This document shows, one piece after another, positions 57,781 through 64,000 of a stretch of DNA of 64,000 nt. This DNA comes from Amphiscolops sp. MND2022 (lineage: Eukaryota): positions 86,428,001-86,492,000 of the forward strand of contig OZ076409.1 of NCBI GenBank assembly GCA_964187785.1. Direction: 5' to 3'. Made by a program: the position numbers and the translations under genes. Position 1 is the stretch's first letter. Each line of letters begins with the position of its first letter. Below the pieces are notes generated by a model. That model was not told the DNA's origin and made no database searches. It saw only the letters and a program-made list of their open reading frames with translations.

Positions 57781-59051
57781 TTTTTTCCAGGGTATACTTT
57801 TTTCAGGGGTCCCTAGAAACTTTCTGAGTCTAAAATAGTCAGCCGCCTCTCAGATTAACCTGACCTCGACTGGTGTTGTCTCAATGTTCAATCAAAGCAC
57901 AACGATAGCCCGCAATATTGTGTTAGATTAAGAGATTAAAGCAGACCCTCAGCAATTACGAACACAGGAGGACAATTTTCTGCCCGCCACACTTTTCAAA
58001 CATAGTTGGAATGATCAAAATATTTTGTTAATTACGTAGTTCTTCGAGCAAGTTTTCCGCAAATAATACAAGAGTTACAAAAACGTTTTTAATCAACGTG
58101 TATCAAATCGTTTTTAATGAACGCAAAATTTCAGTTTGAAAGCATGTGGGTTGAGAGGAAAACCTCCCGTTCATCGTTCTATTTGGGATTCATCAATCGG
58201 CAATTTACATTTCTTGGTAATGCCTGCCTTCGGAAAAAACTTCCCTGAAAATCTATATACATCGTGCCCGTAATTCCAGTCGACGATGCTTTAAATTGGT
58301 AAACGTTTTAGTGGAAACTGCGAAACTGGTATCTCTCATATTTTGTTGACTGAATAAATATCATCTCCCCTTCTCTATCATTCTCGTTTGTATTACACGG
58401 GAAAATAGTTCAATTCGTGAAATTGGACATAGTTTATCCAAAACCAGATGTCTCATTTTTGATGTGGTGTCACCTGAGTGACAGGAATTCATTTTTCGGA
58501 CCACTTTTCAGTTGGGGGCGTCTGATTATGCGCTTTCCCGTATTCTCTCCGTAGGCTACTAAGTTGCTGACAAGTGGTTCATTATAAATTTGAAGTCTTC
58601 GATTTGTTTTTCTTTCAATTTTTGAATCTCTTCTACTCAGAAAATTTCCAGCCGGGAACGGCCCAAATCGACGCCCAGCTCAAGGTTCAGAAGAGAGAAA
58701 AGTGCTTCAACCCTATTTAGCATCGCGGTACGTATTTGCACCACTTAAGATCTGCTAACTTCTAAAGGCACCAGCCCACCGTATGGTAAAGAAAACTCTT
58801 GAATAAGACTTTTAGACAAAATAACATAGAATTGCACGCATTTTCACGGATTGTTGACTTGATGTCTCCAAAATCAGAAAAACGGGACCAAAAAAATCAA
58901 AGAAAAAATAGCGCAAAATTTCCGATTTTCCTGTTTTCGTATTTGGCCTTTTTATACTACTGGGGACAAGATTAGGTCAAAGGGGCCCTAGCATGTTTTA
59001 AAACAAGCTGAACTGCAGCCAGAGACACCACGCGTGCAAAGTCCGAAGCCA

Positions 59052-59128
59052 GTGCGGCGAAGCCGCACGCCAGCGGAGGACTTCGCGCAAAAAACTTTGC
59101 GCGCAAGGGGCCCGCGCTAGCGGGCCCC
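59052..59128. other. Cluster of three perfect GC-rich hairpins
   Basis: GTGCGGC-GAA-GCCGCAC, GCGCAAA-AAAC-TTTGCGC and GGGGCCCGC-GCTA-GCGGGCCCC. Confidence 0.8.
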
Positions 59129-60248
59129 CAGCCCAGCAGTTTAAAAATTGATTTGAAAGCCCTGATGCTCCTCTTTCGAACGCTGTATAAATCATTTGTC
59201 GGACTCAAATACTTTTGGAGATATTGCGGTTTAAAGTTTAAGCACCAGATTTTTGGATGCATCCAGAAATTTCCACCTCCATTCCGGGTTAAATCTGCAA
59301 AGGAAAACTATTTTGAAACTTTATCAAACGTACAGTGCCGAAAAATACACGGAAAACCCATAAGATTGGAAAACAGCTTTTTCCTTATCTCGACGCATCA
59401 AAAAGCCAATTTTGAGAAGATAGAATTCATTTTCTTTTGGAAAAGTCTCATAGTGCCGAAAAACTCAAAGTGCGAGACCTTCTAGTTCGCAAAACGCTTT
59501 TTCCAAGACGAAAACTTTGTAAAACCTCATTGATTGGCAATTATTAAGAAAACTTTCATGAGTCCCACAGGAACAAAAAAAAATCAAATAGCTGCTCCTT
59601 GAGACCCGAAAAACTATTTTACTTCACTGAAAGCCTCAAAAAAATTATATGGAAAAAGTTGTTTTCAAAAATTTCAAAATTCTTCGGCTAGTCGCATTGT
59701 GGCCCCAAAACTATGAGGCTGCCGTCTACGCTCTCAAAACGGAAGGGGTACCCTTTTGTCTTGACTCAACTTTTGCAAGCATAAAAAATTCGGAACTCAA
59801 ACCCACGTACTCCTGTTAATGCTTGCAACGGGACCATTGGCGCCGTTAGGTGAAATTTATGAAATGTTTTATAAGTGGAAGTTACAGGGTGACTGAAAAA
59901 AACTTGCCATTGTAAGAGTCTTGCGTATTTTACTGAAAAATGCCTACCAACAAGACCATACAGATGGAAAACACAAGTTAGTCGAACGACAATTCGTGTC
60001 GATAAGTTGCTTAGCAATGGAATCTTGTCAAGAAATGTTGACTTGCTGGTGAGCTATTTTGTGTCTTAAATAGATAAAAGGTACTGTGTTCCTGTGCGCA
60101 GCTTTGTAATCTGACTCCCAGTAAAAATTGTGTTTCTGGGCGGCGCTTTAGATAAAAAGCCGGCTACTGTAGTTGCGTTTTGAAAGACCAGCGAACTGAC
60201 ACATTTCTCTAACTTCTATCAGTTGTAACCAACTTGCTCCTTTCTTTT

Positions 60249-60410
60249 GGTCTAGCGGTTAACCGCGGATTTCCTGGCCTGATGATATCGCCTGAGAGCA
60301 GGTGTACGTGGGTTCGAGTCCGACACTAAAATTTTTTATGCTTGCAAAGGTTATGGAAAGGCCAATGGGTCCCCCTTAATGATTATTTTTCGGCACTATG
60401 CGACTTTTTA
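60249..60410 (+). mobile_element. tRNA-derived SINE-like repeat, copy 2
   Basis: A box GGTCTAGCGGTTAA, B box GGTTCGAGTCC; similar to 42324-42590. Confidence 0.6.
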
Positions 60411-60484
60411 TTGTTCGTAGCTATTACACTACTCTGAACCTTCAGCGGCCAAATTGGAACAGCCAAAGGTGCAGCTTCAAGATT

Positions 60485-61130
60485 GCTTTTTCCCTGATCT
60501 CTACTTTCTCTCATCAGTGCTTGTAAATTTGGCTAGATACTTAAGCCGGCTTCTCTGTATTTCCAGCGGAGTGGCAATTCTAGCCTAAATCAAAATCGTC
60601 AATGTGGCGGTTCCTCATCGAAGCGCCTCCTTGACACAAATGATTTTTGTGTTTGTTACGTTTTTAGAGTCTATTGTTTATGTTTTTCGAAAATTGGAAT
60701 TGCTCAAGTTGCAGTTGTTTTTCGAAGCCCTTCTCTTCTGATCTCTATGCTCTCCGTTTTTCCGGACCTTAGTCTTTATTTGGCTAGATAATTAAGCCGG
60801 CTTCGCTGTATTTGCCAGCGGAGTGGCAATTCTAGCCTACATCGTAATAGTCAATATGGTGATTCCTCATCGAAACGCCTCCTTGACACAAATGACTTTT
60901 GTGTTTTCGCTACTTCAGTTAGTTTTTTGGAGTATCCTAGCATGTTTACTTTCCCTATTTGGTATATAGAAAGATGCTTTTCCCTGATCTCAACGTTCTA
61001 ACGTTTCCCTGAATTTAGTCCTTCTCATTTTGGCTAGATACTTAAGCCGGCTTCTCTGTATTTCCAGGGGAGTGGCAATTCTAGCCTAAATCAAAATTGT
61101 CAAAGTGGTGATTCCTCAGCGAAGCGCCAC
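60485..61130. repeat. Diverged tandem repeat, period about 250 bp, about 3 copies
   Basis: Core TTTGGCTAGATACTTAAGCCGGCTTC...GAGTGGCAATTCTAGCCTA recurs; GGCTAG anchors at 60531, 60782 and 61032. Confidence 0.85.
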
Positions 61131-61447
61131 AATGACCGACACTGTGTCATTTTTTTCCTGTGGAACAGTTACTTTGATTTGGTTCTCAGTTATGTGCTCC
61201 TTGAAGATTGAAGCTGGCTTGTTTCGGAATAAATCCAATATCGGAATTATCATCAGACATTCCTCGGTCGATTGACTAACCCCTGTCTTTGGTTTATAAA
61301 AACTTTGGCCCTTTAAAACAACAAAGCAGAAAACTCAGTGCCATTCATTTAGCAGGTTTACTTGAAATTGTCAAACTAAATGTTCCAAGTTATTTCTTGT
61401 CAAATCTGGATGTCAGTATCAGTGGTTCCTTTCGGGAGTGAATTTAG

Positions 61448-61911
61448 ACCTAACCATTATAACGTCTGGGCTATTTAACCAAATGATCGATTTCACTGTT
61501 TTCTCTTTTAGCAAACTGAAACTGTTGCGGGAGTTCGTGAAGTACGTGCAGTCGGCCTTGCCTAACTACACGCTTTCGTTGGTGTTGGTCCTGCCACTGC
61601 ACTTGAGCGATACATATCACCTCAATTCGAGGAGCATCTCAAATGGAGAGTTGCTTCATGACCTGTCTCTCAATGTAGTCACTGCTTTGCAGAAAGACAT
61701 GGGCAGACGTTGCGAGGTCTTGTTCGTGGACTCACGTGCGAAAAATGACTTCATTGTGGACAAGATTCTGGAAGTGTTGTCTACCGATGCCTCTGCGAAG
61801 GACAATGAGTCATCAGAGAATGGCAGAGGTACCGCAGACTTGGGTTACATGAGAGCGACTCTGCCTTTGATACACCAAGCCTTTACCCCAAGTACTGCTC
61901 AATGTTATTAA
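61448..61911 (+). CDS. Probable host exon, protein unknown
   Basis: 157-codon open frame with protein-like composition, raised GC relative to its flanks and a TTTAG acceptor at about 61447. Confidence 0.4.
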
Positions 61912-64000
61912 TTTTATTGCCAATGTCAGATATTTAATGATGTGATTTAAAATTCGTGTTTGTTTTTCATCCAACCAAAGGAAACTCAGAGCAAAATGAC
62001 AGCAAAAGGAAAAAGTGCTGCAACTGTTGAGAATAATGTGAAGAGAAAGGTAAATCATCTCGCGTTGATTCATGATCGTCTTTCCTCTTTTCTCCACTTT
62101 TCATATGCTGTGTGTGCTTCATAAATTGAGTGAATGTAAACATGTTCAATTTACAACGGAAACAGTTTATCAATAAAATTACCTTGTAATTGAACGTACA
62201 TGAAGAAAAGGGTCTTCTTTGATTGAACCATTCGAATGGTTTGCACAAAATGTACTTTTTTGTATCATTTAAAGTCTATTTTGGAATGTTCATGAGGTAA
62301 AGAAATGTCTAAATGAAATAGTTAAAATTTAATTCCTTAGGCTGAATTCAATTAATGGAACGATGTCACATGGGAAGTCTTTTTGTCTTCGCCAATGCTG
62401 CGAAATTGTAAAATACACTTCGAGGTGTACTCATGTCGCTTTTGCAGATAAGGTAAACAGCTGTCAAATGGGATATGTGGCCAAATTTTAAATCCAGGGC
62501 TCACACAAACAATTGACGCTAAATGAAAAGAAACTTCAAATTTTGTTTGCAAATCTGAAATCTATTTCTGCTCAATGAAAATCGTGGTTATTTTTACAGG
62601 TTGTCATATTTTCACAAAAAATACATTAAGCAAGTTTATTCATCTGCAACTTGAAATGGATTTGTTATTTTCTGCCAATGTATATTTGTGGGCTGAAATT
62701 CTGAAGTAAAACCTCCGACTGATTTGGATACAAAACGAGCTATATACGCTGCAATTCTCCCACATTTTAAATTCATATTTGGCTTTTCGCAAATTAATGG
62801 AATACGGAGTCACTCAAGTTGATGTAAATTTGCCATCGGAGCTCCTAGATTTTTGAATGAAATTTGACTTTCACTTAATTTATCACCCTCCCCCTAAAAA
62901 ATGAAAACAATTTTTGCCGCTACATTGCGGTGTTTCCTGTTACGAAAGCTTCACCCTGTGGAAATAGGAATTTTGACATGTGCTTTTAATGGATTAGTGA
63001 GTTTTGCGAAATATTTTGAATTCACATCGTGGTTAAGGTCGCATAGTCTCCGATTTGATACTTTTCAGCTTTACACGCTGTTCAGTTTCGAAGTGAAATA
63101 GTATGTTCGAATAGAAAGTTCCAACAGGACGATTAAATTTACGCAAATTCCTGTATCGACTTCTCTCGCATCAAAGCAGTGTCTTTTTTCGACGCCCAAT
63201 TCTCACAATCTTTCCATTTCCAAAATTAAAAACGTGCGAAGTATTTTGGAAACCGCTTTTTTGAAGATTGTTTAAATCTATGTCTAGATCCGTTTTTGCA
63301 TTTGAAGGTATGAATGTCAAATTTCTTTTGCACGTTCTCTATACGTCTGCCCAAAGAAACGGAAAGTATCGCAATGACACTGCGACTCTAGTTTGGTATC
63401 CCTGTCAAATTTACAGGCAGCAGTTTTTGCAGATAGCACACATTCTAATTACTGAACAATATATTCGCTTGTTTCATCTTGTAAAAAAATATTTGGCTTT
63501 AGTTTGTGGATAGTTTGTGATTTTCTTTCTCATGCGTTGTTGTCATCTCATGCTAATGGATTTAAACGAGTTAAAAGCTTGCCGAAGATGCAGTGATCAT
63601 TTCTATAAAAATAAATTAGTTTAAATGATTAATTCAACGATTCTACAATTTCTATACTACAGTATAAGAAATGGGGCGCGTGAACGGATGCAAGCAAAGA
63701 ATTTGCAAGGAATGAGTACGAAGTGATTTGATTGCTTAATTCTTCAATTCGCTTCCAATCTCTCGTTTTCTTTATTCGCTCGAGCAGTTCTCGCGCTTTC
63801 AACACTAGCGTTGACCGGAAAATACTTTGTGTGCTACCGTCCCCTGCTTGTGCGGAAAGAGGATTATCCCACGCGTCGTACTTAATAAACGACAGGAAAA
63901 ACAACTTGAACGTTCCCGCTATGAAAAGACGTTTGATTTTGTTTGATTTGAAAAAGAATTGGTTCAACGAAGTATTCTGAGATAAATTATTTCAACTTGT

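Noticed and set aside
57767-61460. Direct splice from the 588-aa ORF donor to the 61448 acceptor
   Set aside because: Phases are incompatible (phase 2 donor versus phase 1 acceptor) and give an early stop.
1-64000. Prokaryotic operon or defence-system reading of the ORF track
   Set aside because: Content is eukaryotic transposons and exon-like segments. Most listed ORFs use GTG/TTG starts and are fragments or shadow frames.

Overview
Eukaryotic, AT-rich genomic DNA, most likely from an invertebrate (inferred from the repeat types and GT-AG intron-like signals; not verified). About 80% of 1-52 kb is nested transposable elements: three BEL/Pao, one Copia, two Ty3/Gypsy, one Penelope-like element, several LINEs, pogo and hAT DNA transposons, tRNA-derived SINE-like repeats and at least seven MITEs. 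Many boundaries could be fixed by target-site duplications (TSDs) read directly from the sequence. The distal part (53-64 kb) is mostly non-repetitive and holds one long host ORF (588 aa) and a few probable exons. The most striking object is a young, nearly intact Ty3/Gypsy element (35689-41646). Its integrase ends in an ING-type PHD finger where chromoviruses carry a chromodomain, and its apparently 1.45-kb 3' LTR encloses an orphan ORF of about 306 codons. A second unexplained pattern is two short GC-hairpin cassettes found inside five unrelated MITE families. All alignments and counts were done by eye; no database search was run.
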